From Candidatus Bathyarchaeum tardum (GTDB lineage Archaea; Thermoproteota; Bathyarchaeia; Bathyarchaeales; Bathyarchaeaceae), in assembly GCA_024650005.2 (NCBI GenBank), contig CP122380.1:448001-512000 (forward strand): a DNA stretch of 64,000 nt, written 5' to 3'. Made by a program: the position numbers and the translations under genes. Shown in pieces: positions 19,050-29,664 of the stretch. Within the stretch, counting starts at the first letter, position 1; every line of letters starts with the position of its first letter. The notes below the pieces were generated by a model. It was given only the letters and a program-made list of their open reading frames with translations, did not search any database and was not told the DNA's origin.

Positions 19050-19877
19050 TTGTCTTTAGATAAAAATCTTCAAGAAAAAATTCGAAAAGCAAACTTGTCC
19101 CTCCATAAATATGAAGCAAAATATTATGAACTAATTCATCCCGAGATTTATAACCAGCATGAACAAAATCGGTTACTTTCTACATTAAAAAAAGCAAATG
19201 AATTAATTTTATATCCTCCGAATAGGCGGGTAAAGATGGCTCTTGATTTCGGGGCTGGAACGGGCAATGTAACAGGTAAACTGCTGAATATGGGTTTCCA
19301 CGTAACTGCAGTGGATCTTTCTGTGGAAATGTGTACGATTTTAAAAAAAAAATATTCAGATTATGTAAAATTAAAAAAACTGGTTGTTGTGAATTCTGCG
19401 GTAGAAGATTTGATTTTTGAAAAAGAATCTTTTGATTTGATAACTTGTTATTCTGTGTTGCATCATCTGCCTGATTATGTTGTTGCTGTACGTAATCTTT
19501 CCGGGTTTTTACGAAAAGGAGGGGTGATGTATTTGGATCATGAGATATCTCCCTTTTATTGGGAACCCGAACCCCATATGGTGGCGAATTTGTTAAAATT
19601 TGTATATTTATATTTGAATCCAGTGTTTAACAGTTTATATTTTCGGCTCATGGGTTTGAAACTTCCTTCTCTTGATTACGAGTTGTCTGATTACTGGTAT
19701 GCAAAAAACCATCATATAGTCCATAAAAAAATAAAAAAAGTGTTTGAAGAACAAACTTACGAACACTTTGAACGCCATGATTATCATCTTAGACGAGGAT
19801 TGTTTTTGAATTCTTTTTTCATTTTATACAAATATATTTGTAGACCTGAAACAAGTTTGTGGTTAGCAAAAAAATAA
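19050..19877 (+). CDS. Class I SAM-dependent methyltransferase
   Basis: ALDFGAGTG, SFDLITCYSVLHHLPD, LRKGG; GGAGG before TTG. Confidence 0.87.
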   Translation: MSLDKNLQEKIRKANLSLHKYEAKYYELIHPEIYNQHEQNRLLSTLKKANELILYPPNRRVKMALDFGAGTGNVTGKLLNMGFHVTAVDLSVEMCTILKKKYSDYVKLKKLVVVNSAVEDLIFEKESFDLITCYSVLHHLPDYVVAVRNLSGFLRKGGVMYLDHEISPFYWEPEPHMVANLLKFVYLYLNPVFNSLYFRLMGLKLPSLDYELSDYWYAKNHHIVHKKIKKVFEEQTYEHFERHDYHLRRGLFLNSFFILYKYICRPETSLWLAKK

Positions 19878-19997
19878 TATTGAATTTTTAATTTTTTCTG
19901 ATTTAAACTTACTTTTTGATAAATATTATTTTATTGTCAAGAGTGTAGCAAAATTTTTAAACTAATTGAGCTACACATAACTTGAAGGAATGGAAAA

Positions 19998-22559
19998 ATG
20001 AAATTTTCGAAAAAAAATCTAAAAATATCTACTATCACCGCGATTCTATTACTGACGATGTCTGCTAGCCTCATAGCTTTACCTACTGCCTTTGCACAAC
20101 CTGGAACAACTTGGCCCTCATTTCCAGTTTTGTCTATAATTCCTGATCAATCTGCAGTTGGCCAAGAAGTTTTGCTGTCATACGGTATTACTCGTCAAAC
20201 TGCCTGGCCACAATCAGGCTGGACAGGAATAACCGTAACCGTTACAGCACCTGACGGAAGCACACAAACTTTAGGACCTTACAATACAGACACAACCGGA
20301 TTAGGCGGCGCAGTGTTCATCCCAACAATGGCTGGAACATACAAATTCGTATGCAACTTCCCAGAACAAGACGTTACAACTAGTGTTGCAGGTCTTGAAG
20401 CAGGAACAACAATGTTAGCAAGCCACACCCCAGAAATTGAATTAGTTGTAACTGAAGATGGTGACCGGCACTTCTTCCCGGACACTCCTATGCCCGATGA
20501 ATATTGGGTAAGGCCAATTGATGCGCAAAACAGAGAATGGTTCTCAGTCGCAGGAAGCTGGCTTGATGGTAACTACAAACGGGGTCACTATAACCGAAAT
20601 GCAGATGGTAACGATGGTCCAGAAACTGGCCACATCCTATGGGAAATGATCCAAGATGTGGGCGGATTAGCTGGAGGCTTGGAAATGGGTTGGCACAGCT
20701 TTGAAGACGGAGATGCTTACGAAGGCAAATGGAGCAACCCAATGATCATCGCTGGAACCCTCATTGGAGTTAGATACGTTAGAGGGACACAAGTAACCTA
20801 TGCAGTTAACGTGCGAACTGGTGAAATGATGTGGGAGAAAGTCTTAGGAGAAGACATCGACCTAGCATTATCACCAGGCTTTGGACAAGTCTTCTATTGG
20901 ACAACAATGAACAACCACGGATGTTACGCCTACCTATGGGCAACACAAGGCAGCACATGGCACGCATTTGATCCTCTTACTGGACGATGGGAATATACCA
21001 TGACTAACGTTCCAGGAGGAACACGAGTACCCGGTCCAAACGGCGAAATTCTACTTTACAACATTAATGGAGCTGCTGGAACCCTAACAAAGTGGAACTC
21101 AACAGCAGCATACTACGACATGATGTTAGCTGGATACGGTGACAGTCCAACTGCAACATATGAGGCTGGTCGATGGAGACCAATCGGAACAACATTTGAT
21201 GCTGAATATGGAGTAGAATACACTGTTCCGGTTCCAATCGACCAACTATCAGGCGCATTATCATTTGGCTTTATGAGCTATGGTAAACTAGTAATTCCAG
21301 AAGATCGAATAATCGGTGGAAACACTGAATGGGCAGGAGGCGCTGCAGTACAAAACCCACACTTTTGGGCTATTGACCTAAGACCTGGACATGAAGGTGA
21401 ATTAATCTTCAGTAGAAACTGGGACGTACCTGAAGCAGGAGTCCACTATGACTTTGCAGGTTCACACCCATTTTCAGTAGAATATGATTTGTTCGTTGTC
21501 ACAGGAAAAGAAACCCGAAAACACTATGCAATCAGCATGACAACTGGTCAGCAACTATGGGCAACTACCGCCTTTGAACCATACAACAACGCATATTCAA
21601 ACGTCTACATGGACCCTTGGGGACAATCAATTTGTTATGGTGACAAACTCATTACTCAAGGATTCGGAGGTGTAAGTACTGCTTACAGTCTAGTTGACGG
21701 AAGTATGGTCTGGCAATACAGAGCAGGCAACGAATATGGAGAATTCTTGTTTGGAAACGATTGGTCTATTCCAGCTGCTTTCACTGCTGATGGTAAGCTC
21801 TATCTAGTCCATGCTGAGCACTCTGCTATTGATCCTAAACCACGAGGTGCACCCACAATTTGCCTTGATATCGCTACTGGTAACGAAGTCTGGAGAACTG
21901 ACGGTTTGCGGTTAGGTACCCGATGGGGTGGTCAACCAATAATCGGAGACAGCGTAATTACTGCATTTAGCTCATACGACAACACAATCGTTGCTCTCGG
22001 GAAAGGCCCAAGTGAACTAACAATTAAAGGTCCAGATACTAGTGTACCTCTTGGAAACGAAGTGCTAATTACTGGTACCGTAATGGATGTATCTCCAGGA
22101 ACTAAAGATCCTGAAGCAATGTTGCGGTTCTCCGATGGTGTGCCAGCAATTTCTGATGGTGACATGAGCGAATGGATGCTCTATGTTTACAAACACAGGC
22201 CTCGTCCAGCAAATGCAGTGGGTGTTAACGTTAAGATTGAAGCAGTAACTCCAAACATGGAATGCATACAACTAGGCACAACGACAAGCGACTCTTATGG
22301 AAAGTATGGCTTTGCATTCAAACCTGAAATGCAAGGTGTATACACAATAATTGCAACCTTTGAAGGCTCTGGTGGATACTTCGGATCAACTTCAACAACC
22401 TATGTAAATGTAGGTCAAGCAGGATCTGCATCAACCCCAATCGAACCTGACCAACCACACGGAACACCTGTAATCACTACAGAAGTAGCTATCATATTGG
22501 CTGTCGTAATTGCAGCAGTCATTGGCGTAGCAGCATTCTGGGCGCTAAAGAGGAAATAA
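19998..22559 (+). CDS. Large membrane-anchored surface protein with PQQ-type beta-propeller repeats and Ig-like ends
   Basis: Signal peptide; TGxxxW repeats (TGEMMW, TGQQLW, TGNEVW); C-terminal TM plus KRK. Confidence 0.85.
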   Translation: MKFSKKNLKISTITAILLLTMSASLIALPTAFAQPGTTWPSFPVLSIIPDQSAVGQEVLLSYGITRQTAWPQSGWTGITVTVTAPDGSTQTLGPYNTDTTGLGGAVFIPTMAGTYKFVCNFPEQDVTTSVAGLEAGTTMLASHTPEIELVVTEDGDRHFFPDTPMPDEYWVRPIDAQNREWFSVAGSWLDGNYKRGHYNRNADGNDGPETGHILWEMIQDVGGLAGGLEMGWHSFEDGDAYEGKWSNPMIIAGTLIGVRYVRGTQVTYAVNVRTGEMMWEKVLGEDIDLALSPGFGQVFYWTTMNNHGCYAYLWATQGSTWHAFDPLTGRWEYTMTNVPGGTRVPGPNGEILLYNINGAAGTLTKWNSTAAYYDMMLAGYGDSPTATYEAGRWRPIGTTFDAEYGVEYTVPVPIDQLSGALSFGFMSYGKLVIPEDRIIGGNTEWAGGAAVQNPHFWAIDLRPGHEGELIFSRNWDVPEAGVHYDFAGSHPFSVEYDLFVVTGKETRKHYAISMTTGQQLWATTAFEPYNNAYSNVYMDPWGQSICYGDKLITQGFGGVSTAYSLVDGSMVWQYRAGNEYGEFLFGNDWSIPAAFTADGKLYLVHAEHSAIDPKPRGAPTICLDIATGNEVWRTDGLRLGTRWGGQPIIGDSVITAFSSYDNTIVALGKGPSELTIKGPDTSVPLGNEVLITGTVMDVSPGTKDPEAMLRFSDGVPAISDGDMSEWMLYVYKHRPRPANAVGVNVKIEAVTPNMECIQLGTTTSDSYGKYGFAFKPEMQGVYTIIATFEGSGGYFGSTSTTYVNVGQAGSASTPIEPDQPHGTPVITTEVAIILAVVIAAVIGVAAFWALKRK

Positions 22560-22565
22560 ACACTA

Positions 22566-22591
22566 TTTCCCCCTTTTCTTTTTTTTATTTT
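22566..22591 (+). terminator. Pyrimidine/oligo-T archaeal terminator
   Basis: TTTCCCCCTTTTCTTTTTTTTATTTT just after stop; similar tract after the paralogue ending at 56263. Confidence 0.55.
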
Positions 22592-22881
22592 CAAAATTTA
22601 TAAATCAAGACTTTCATGTTATCCTGTAATTATGGATATTGATATTTTTCAAGAAAACAATTATTCACACTTCTGAACAGAATAATATCAATCTAATGGC
22701 ACTTCTATATTGAAAACTGGCTTTTTTCTAAAATTTTTCTTCACCGCACAATTTTGATTTCAAGTCTACACATGTATGCTAACCCTGCTGTTTGATATGC
22801 AAAACAAGTTTTTCTAGGTAAGTTTATTTTTCCTGTCTATTCTAAACTATTAACTAAATTCACCTGTTGGATCGAACTTAA

Positions 22882-24294
22882 ATGGACCTGTTAACTAATC
22901 AAAAACTTTGGAATTCTGTTATAACGACTCCTCCCGTAAGGTGGATGCTAAAAAAAACACTAACTAGATGTCGTAAATGTAATAAGAGTCCCCTTGAAAC
23001 TGCCCTAGACAACTCTGCAGGAATAATGAGCTCAAAGTGTTCTTCATGTCGGGTTTATGTTCACGTTATTGAATTTTGGATTGATTTTATACAAAGAGCG
23101 TTGGGTGTAGAAGAAAATCGCCTTTCAAAACTGTTTTCAGACTCTTACGTTAGACGAGCTATCCTAAGTATTGTTTCAGGATTTTCTGAATTTGGTTTTT
23201 GTCGCCCTATACAAATTCATGCCCCTTTGCTTGTGGTCTGGAATTTTACTTACAAATGCAACCTCAACTGTAAACATTGTTACTCAAACTCTGGAGCCAG
23301 CGCAAAAAATGAGCTTTCAACCGAAGATGCACTAAAAGTTGTAGATCAACTTGCAGAATTTGGAGTGACCTCCTTAGCCTTTTCAGGTGGTGAACCCTTG
23401 ATGCGAAAAGACTTTTTTGCAGTCGCCAAACATGCGGTTGATTCTGGATTGTATGTTTCTTTAGCTACAAACGGCACATTACTTACTGAAGAAAACGTTA
23501 AAAAACTCAAAGAAATTGGTCTTCACTATGTTGAAGTAAGCCTTGACGGTTCCAACGCCAAAACCCATGACCATTTCAGGGGAAAAACAGGTGCTTTTGA
23601 GCAAACCTTGCAGGGATTAAAGAATTGCATGAACAAAAACATCTGTACTTGTGTGGCAATAACTGGAACAAAAAATAACTTGGAAGAAGTTCCTGCAGTT
23701 ATTGATATGGCAGAAGAGATGGGAATCGACAGATTCACTTTATTCAATTTTATACCTGTTGGTAGAGGCAAAGAAATTGTTGCAGCTGATCCTTCTCCTC
23801 AAGAACGGGAAAAACTTTTGAGGCTTTTTAACCAAAAATTGTCTGAAGGACTCAGAATGGCTATATTGAGCACAACTCCTCAGCTTGCTCGAGTTGCTTT
23901 GCAGTGTCAGTCTCCAACTGAAGGAGATTTGATTATGCCTTTAGCTCACATGGAAGCCACAAAAATAAGTAAACGAGCTAAAGCCCTTGCAGATTTCATT
24001 GGTGGTTGTGGTGCAGGACGATTCTATTGTGCAATTTCTCCCGAAGGACACGTTCAACCGTGCGTATTTATGCCCCTAATTGTGGGTGATCTAAAAACCC
24101 AAAAAATGGAAGATATCTGGTTGACTTCAGATGTACTTAAAGACCTCAGAAACCGTGAAAACCTGAAAGGTCGATGCAGCAAATGCGAATATAAGTATGT
24201 ATGCGGAGGATGCAGAGCACGTGCCTACGCTTACCATGATGATTATCTGATGTCTGATCCTGGCTGCATTAAACAGGTCTCAGAAGGCGACTGA
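22882..24294 (+). CDS. Radical SAM/SPASM protein with ~115-aa N-terminal extension (candidate GMGT-synthase-like)
   Basis: N-terminal CRKC..CSSC; APLLVVWNFTYKCNLNCKHCY; FIGGCGAGR..VQPC..GRCSKCEYKYVCGGCRARA..DPGC. Confidence 0.88.
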   Translation: MDLLTNQKLWNSVITTPPVRWMLKKTLTRCRKCNKSPLETALDNSAGIMSSKCSSCRVYVHVIEFWIDFIQRALGVEENRLSKLFSDSYVRRAILSIVSGFSEFGFCRPIQIHAPLLVVWNFTYKCNLNCKHCYSNSGASAKNELSTEDALKVVDQLAEFGVTSLAFSGGEPLMRKDFFAVAKHAVDSGLYVSLATNGTLLTEENVKKLKEIGLHYVEVSLDGSNAKTHDHFRGKTGAFEQTLQGLKNCMNKNICTCVAITGTKNNLEEVPAVIDMAEEMGIDRFTLFNFIPVGRGKEIVAADPSPQEREKLLRLFNQKLSEGLRMAILSTTPQLARVALQCQSPTEGDLIMPLAHMEATKISKRAKALADFIGGCGAGRFYCAISPEGHVQPCVFMPLIVGDLKTQKMEDIWLTSDVLKDLRNRENLKGRCSKCEYKYVCGGCRARAYAYHDDYLMSDPGCIKQVSEGD

Positions 24295-24303
24295 TGAATC
24301 CCG

Positions 24304-25497
24304 TTAAGCAGTTCCTAATAGTTCATGGTACAGGTCAATAACTTGGTTTGTAATAATATTCCATGATAGCTTTTGTTCAATCATTTCACGTCCAAGGTCA
24401 CCCATCTTTTTTGCGAGGTCAGGATTCTGCAACAAGGTCAACAGTTTTTGAGTCAACTCAGGTTCATCTCCTGCTTCAATTACAAATCCGTTTTTTCTAT
24501 CTTCCAAGAATTCTGGTATTCCTCCAACATTTGTGGAAATAACTGGCAAAGCAGTAGATTGGGCTTCTAGTATCGCAAAGGGAAAGTTTTCATAAATTGC
24601 AGGCAGCACAAAAATGTCTGAAGCAGAATAAAGTTCAGGCAATTTTTCGTCCGGAACATAACCCAAGAATTTTACATCCTTTTCGATGTTTAGTTCTTTT
24701 GCTAAGTTTCGTAGGCTTTCTTCTTTTTCTTTGAATCCTGTTCCAGATATTGCAAAAGTTACGTTACTGAATTCTTTAAGAACCAAAGGAATCGACCGCA
24801 ATAAAGGCTCTAAACCTTTACGGTGATACAAACGCCCTACAAACAAAACGATTTTATTATCTGGTTCTAATCCAAACTGTTGTCGTAGTTCTATTTTGTT
24901 TGGTCGCGGTTTGAATTTTTGTATGTCTACTCCGTTGTAGATTACGTGTATTTTTTCTGTGCTGATTCCATAAAGGTCTGTTAATTCATTAACCGTGTAT
25001 TTACTCACTGCAATCAGGGCATCTGAACGGTTCATCAACTTTTTTTCGTACGATCTTAGAACAGAATTAAACCTGAGCATCGCTTTCTCGTTGGGGTTCA
25101 ACTCTTTGGGGTTGTCACGTTTTGTTACTATGGCTTCACCTTTCCATGTAGAATGAACCGCACATACAATCGCTTTAGCTGAATCCTTTGGTATGGCAAA
25201 ATTTGGAACCAACGGAAGATTTGCGTGTATTATATCAATGCCGATTTCCTCGTCAAGTTCTTTGATTTTCTTGGATGCCGAACGAGCAAACTTCCAATAT
25301 CGGGTTAAAGCATTTCCAACACCAGTTATGTAATGAACTTTAATTCCGTTAACAGTCCTTTCTGAGTCCTGTTTATCTCGAGCAACAACATGAATATGAT
25401 GTCCCATTTGTTGCAAACTGTGAGAAAGGTAAAAAACGTAGGCTCCTGTTCCCCCAGAAATTGGGAAATATTCGGGAGTTACAAAACACACATTCAA
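24304..25497 (-). CDS. Glycosyltransferase family 4
   Basis: EYFPISGG, YNGVD, FVGRL..KG, ENFPFAILEA. Confidence 0.92.
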   Translation of the reverse strand: MNVCFVTPEYFPISGGTGAYVFYLSHSLQQMGHHIHVVARDKQDSERTVNGIKVHYITGVGNALTRYWKFARSASKKIKELDEEIGIDIIHANLPLVPNFAIPKDSAKAIVCAVHSTWKGEAIVTKRDNPKELNPNEKAMLRFNSVLRSYEKKLMNRSDALIAVSKYTVNELTDLYGISTEKIHVIYNGVDIQKFKPRPNKIELRQQFGLEPDNKIVLFVGRLYHRKGLEPLLRSIPLVLKEFSNVTFAISGTGFKEKEESLRNLAKELNIEKDVKFLGYVPDEKLPELYSASDIFVLPAIYENFPFAILEAQSTALPVISTNVGGIPEFLEDRKNGFVIEAGDEPELTQKLLTLLQNPDLAKKMGDLGREMIEQKLSWNIITNQVIDLYHELLGTA

Positions 25498-26507
25498 TGT
25501 TTATCCTCTTCTCTTGTTAATGCAATTTGAATTAAAGATGTTATTCCCCCCAATGTCCAACCAAGGGCACGAACAAAATATATAACAACCAAATACATGG
25601 CAGACCCGTCCCTATAAATTGAAGAAATTTTTGTTGCAGAAGCAACATACTGCAATAAAGTTACCGTTACTATGCCCAAAAATGCAAAAGATGGAATCCA
25701 ATGAAAGATCGTAACAAAACTAACTAAAAGCAAGATACCTGCAATTCCATACAGTATAGGTTGGGCGTTCATCCATCCGTCTGTTATCTTATCTCCCTTT
25801 GCAAGTTTAGGGTGCTTCAAATAAAGTTTCCAAGTGTTCTGACCATACTTGTATTGTTGCCGGAAAAAAGCTCCCAAAGTCGGACGATGAAAATGATAAC
25901 AAACTGCTTCAGAATCAAAAGCTATTGTATAGCCCTCTTTTGCTAGCCTTGCGCCGATGTCTGTGTCGTACTGGGTTGGAAGAGTTTCGTCAAATCCTCC
26001 AATTTTTTTAACAATCTGTTTTTTCAGTAACAGGTTCATGGTTGCGACGCGTTCAACAGATTTGGGAAGCCTTCGATACCTGTAATTTAATTCATAACCG
26101 ATAACCCTTGGAACTAGATTGTTTTTATTCCATGTTTCTACCGTTCCGCTTGCTCCAGCAATTTTTGTGTCATCTAAAAGGTTAGCAAGTTTTGTTAGCC
26201 ACTGTTTTTCTACTTTAGCGTCAGAATCTATCAACCCAATTACTTCATGTTTTGCATCGTCCAAAACAAGGTTATATGCAGCAGCAGGATTAAGCTGACT
26301 GTAAACCAGTTTAACAGAATATTTTTTTGCAATCTCTATTGTTGCATCTGTTGAGCCTCCATCAACAACAATTACTTCAAGCAATTCTTTTGGGTAATCT
26401 AACTCGAAAATTGACTGTAAGCATTCATCTAGGGTTTGGGCGCTGTTTAAGGTGGTTACTATTATGCTTACGCCTAACTCAGTATTGTTGGTTGCTTTGT
26501 TTTTCAA
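25494..26507 (-). CDS. Glycosyltransferase family 2 with C-terminal TM helices
   Basis: VSIIV, VVDGGSTDAT, IDSD, GGFDE, RQQYKYG. Confidence 0.9.
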   Translation of the reverse strand: MKNKATNNTELGVSIIVTTLNSAQTLDECLQSIFELDYPKELLEVIVVDGGSTDATIEIAKKYSVKLVYSQLNPAAAYNLVLDDAKHEVIGLIDSDAKVEKQWLTKLANLLDDTKIAGASGTVETWNKNNLVPRVIGYELNYRYRRLPKSVERVATMNLLLKKQIVKKIGGFDETLPTQYDTDIGARLAKEGYTIAFDSEAVCYHFHRPTLGAFFRQQYKYGQNTWKLYLKHPKLAKGDKITDGWMNAQPILYGIAGILLLVSFVTIFHWIPSFAFLGIVTVTLLQYVASATKISSIYRDGSAMYLVVIYFVRALGWTLGGITSLIQIALTREEDKH

Positions 26508-26560
26508 GTGATAGCCCCTTTTTTCTGTGTTATGCTGTTGTTATTATACTAACAATTCTA

Positions 26561-27280
26561 TTATGATAAATAAGATGTAACTATAGCATAAAGTATTCTT
26601 GTCCCATCTTTTATAGGGTCAAGCTTTGATTGCCCTACTGTTCGCTGAATAAAACTTATGGGAGTTTCTACAACTCGCGCCTGTTTTCGTAAGGCTTTAA
26701 CAAGCATTTCAGACTCCACTTCATACCCATAAGAAGTTAACTTCATTTTTTTTATCAGCGAAGCTCGAATCGCTCGAAATCCTGACTGGGAATCAGTTAT
26801 GTTAACTCCAGTGAGATACCTTGTCAGGTTGTTGAATAGTTTATTTCCTGCCCTGTTTATTTTCGGAATCTTAGTTTTGTTATGTTCAGAATTTGCAAAT
26901 CTTGACCCAACAACAAAATCAGCCTTGTCATCCGTTAAATACTGTAAAATCAACGGAATTTCTTCAGGTTTATGCGAACCATCTGCATCTATTGTAACTA
27001 CATATTCTCCTTTAGCACGCAAAAAGCCACACCTGAGCGCAAATCCTTTTCCTGTGTGGCATCCTTTTATGACTATTGCTTTTTGTTTTTGAGCAATATC
27101 TGCTGATTTATCGTTTGAACCATCATCTACAACTAGAACTTCGTAGGATAATCCCATTTTTTCCAGTGTTTTATTTGTGCGATTAATTACGTCCCCTACA
27201 GTTACTTCTTCGTTGAACACTGGAATAATAACAGAAACGATAACTTTGTTTCGTTCCTTGTCTTCTTTGCTTTTTACCAT
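26561..27280 (-). CDS. Glycosyltransferase family 2, dolichol-phosphate mannose synthase-like
   Basis: VIIPVFNEE, VDDGS, GKG, DADGSH, GSRF, DSQSGFRA. Confidence 0.92.
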   Translation of the reverse strand: MVKSKEDKERNKVIVSVIIPVFNEEVTVGDVINRTNKTLEKMGLSYEVLVVDDGSNDKSADIAQKQKAIVIKGCHTGKGFALRCGFLRAKGEYVVTIDADGSHKPEEIPLILQYLTDDKADFVVGSRFANSEHNKTKIPKINRAGNKLFNNLTRYLTGVNITDSQSGFRAIRASLIKKMKLTSYGYEVESEMLVKALRKQARVVETPISFIQRTVGQSKLDPIKDGTRILYAIVTSYLS

Positions 27281-27549
27281 TATGTTTGAGAAGTGTTGAC
27301 TTCATGAATTAAATAGTTTGTCAAACAGCCAGCAATCCTGTTTGATTGTTCAAATTGTATATTAAATAGCTACATGGAGTTACATTTATCTTACTTGAAA
27401 AGTTAATGAATTAGCATAATTTTTCGATTGCAAGTAACTTATTTCCTCTGCCAATTATCTTGATATATTCTTGTTTTCGCAATATTATTCAGTTCAAAAC
27501 AACCATAATATAATGTCTTAATATTTTATACAATTGGGACCAAAACAAA

Positions 27550-27648
27550 ATGACAAAACAAAAAAGAATTCCATCAAAACCGACCAAGATAAAATGGGAT
27601 CCTATTGTCATTAAACTTATTCAGGATAAAAAACAGATTTTTGATTAA
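27550..27648 (+). CDS. Putative 32-aa small protein
   Basis: MTKQKRIPSKPTKIKWDPIVIKLIQDKKQIFD; TTTATA about 20 nt upstream; T-rich tract downstream. Confidence 0.45.
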   Translation: MTKQKRIPSKPTKIKWDPIVIKLIQDKKQIFD

Positions 27649-27845
27649 TTCTTGTTTTCTATCTTTCTTTATCATCTTTTTGTTTCGTTTAGTGTTTGTC
27701 AAAAAGATCAATAAATGTTTTCTTTAAAACATGAAGAACTTTTAACCTGTGCTTGCTTGTGTTTGAGGATGTTTTATATTAAATGTGGATGATGTAGTTT
27801 CACGTTGCCGAAGTCATTACACAACTTTGACGGAGAAAAAACAAA

Positions 27846-28445
27846 GTGAAACAAGCCTTGGAAGACATCAAACAAAATCTCAAAGCCAGAAAAAAAACAG
27901 ACCGAATCATGTGGTTTTCAATGTGGGCTGTTCTGGCAGTTGCGAGTTTTGGGATTGCTTGGTTTCCCATGATATATTACAGCATCAAAAGAAGGAACAA
28001 CCACTTTGCCCGCCAAGAAAATCTGGAAATACTAATTCGGAGCAAACTCAACCTAAATTCAGAAAAAATGTCAACTGAAGTTACAAAATCAATGAATGCA
28101 ACATTATGGACTTTGTTGACTTTGTTGATTGTTCCTGGTTTTTACTTGTTTTATTCCTTGAAAAAGGATCTGCAAGAACATGAAATGCATGAACATGTTT
28201 TCTTGTCTGATGTAATTAAGGTAGCTGAAGAGTCTGGTGTGTCCCTTGATGTTCAAAGCTTTGCAACTACTCCAAGTTTTCGGATGGAAAAATATTTTTT
28301 TCTTAGTGTTTTATCTTGTGGTTTAGTTGCGGCTTACTGGTTGTATCGAATATTTAATGATTATAATGACCATTTCAAAATGCAGTGGATAATCGAAGAT
28401 GAACTACTACGTTTCTTGAAAGAATTGGAAAAAAAATCCAGTTGA
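27846..28445 (+). CDS. Membrane protein of unknown function (DUF4234-like repeats)
   Basis: Three hydrophobic segments each followed by Y..N.H/E.H; GGAG before GTG. Confidence 0.7.
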   Translation: MKQALEDIKQNLKARKKTDRIMWFSMWAVLAVASFGIAWFPMIYYSIKRRNNHFARQENLEILIRSKLNLNSEKMSTEVTKSMNATLWTLLTLLIVPGFYLFYSLKKDLQEHEMHEHVFLSDVIKVAEESGVSLDVQSFATTPSFRMEKYFFLSVLSCGLVAAYWLYRIFNDYNDHFKMQWIIEDELLRFLKELEKKSS

Positions 28446-28524
28446 TTGTTCGTGGTTTTGCTGATGATTTTTATATCTGTCTGACCAATACGAAGGTCTG
28501 AAAAACCGAAGGAAGCCACATAAT

Positions 28525-29664
28525 ATGGTAGATGTTTCCAAACTTGCAAAGAAACCTTTCAAAAAAATGACTCCCTGTTTTCATGGCGGAAACGTTTGGG
28601 AACTCTCACAAAATTGCAAAATCCCTGTTGAACAAATAATTGACTTTAGTGTCTCAACAAATCCTTTGGGTGCACCTAAAACAGCTCTTGATATTATGGA
28701 AAAAAATCTTGAGTGTGTGGAGCATTACCCTGACCCAACTCATGAGTGGCTTCTTCAAGACATTGCAAAGTCACTTGATGTGTTTACAGAAAATATTGTA
28801 ATTGGTAATGGCTCAACTGAACTGATTTACTTGTTTGGGGAAATCTTTCTTGACGAAAAAACAGATGCTATACTTCCTGTTCCATTTTTCAGTGAATACA
28901 AAGCAGTCATAAACCGGTTTGGCGCTAACATGTTGTTTTTGGACTGCATACCTGAACGTGGTTTTCAGTTAGACTTCAACGAACTAGAGAAATTAGTCTC
29001 AAAGAAAACTCGAGTCATTTTTCTTTGTAACCCAAACAGCCCCACTGGTGTTCTTTATAAATCCAAAGACCTTCTAGAAATTGTAAAATTTGCTGCACAA
29101 AGAAACGTTTTTGTGTTTGTTGACGAAGATTACATTGATTTTGTTGATAACAGCAAACAGCATTCAATGGCCAAATACGTGAATGAATACAACAACCTGT
29201 TTGTTCTTAGATCCTTGACCAAATTCTTTGGCTTAGCTGGAATAAGAATTGGTTTTGGCGTTGGTTCCCCTGGTTTGATTAGAATTCTGAAAAACTGTAA
29301 ACTTCCTTGGAGTGTAAACAGTCTAGCCATGTTTGCCACTTCGGCAGCAATCAAAGATACTGAATATATTAAAAAGTCTAGAAATCTTATATCAAAAAGC
29401 AGAACCGAAATGGTAGACCTGTTCAGTTCTATTTCTTGGTTGAAGGTTCATCCTTCGGAAACTAACTTTTTGCTGGTAGAAATTATGGATACTAGTTTAA
29501 CTTCAACAAAACTCAAAGAAGAGCTTGCAAAAAAAGGGCTTCTAATCCGAGACTGTAAAGATTTTGATGGTTTAAACAACAAATTTTTCAGGGTTTCAGT
29601 TAGAAAACCCGAAGAAAACCAGAAACTAATCAACCAAATAAAATCCATTGGAAACAAAAACTAA
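28525..29664 (+). CDS. cobD: L-threonine-O-3-phosphate decarboxylase CobD (PLP)
   Basis: HGGN, DFSVSTNPLG, YPD, GNGSTE, CNPNSPTG, RSLTKFFGLAGIRIG, IRDC. Confidence 0.85.
   Translation: MVDVSKLAKKPFKKMTPCFHGGNVWELSQNCKIPVEQIIDFSVSTNPLGAPKTALDIMEKNLECVEHYPDPTHEWLLQDIAKSLDVFTENIVIGNGSTELIYLFGEIFLDEKTDAILPVPFFSEYKAVINRFGANMLFLDCIPERGFQLDFNELEKLVSKKTRVIFLCNPNSPTGVLYKSKDLLEIVKFAAQRNVFVFVDEDYIDFVDNSKQHSMAKYVNEYNNLFVLRSLTKFFGLAGIRIGFGVGSPGLIRILKNCKLPWSVNSLAMFATSAAIKDTEYIKKSRNLISKSRTEMVDLFSSISWLKVHPSETNFLLVEIMDTSLTSTKLKEELAKKGLLIRDCKDFDGLNNKFFRVSVRKPEENQKLINQIKSIGNKN

Noticed and set aside
19343-19352. A10 tract in a methyltransferase as phase-variation switch
   Set aside because: Frame intact and such runs are common in this AT-rich sequence
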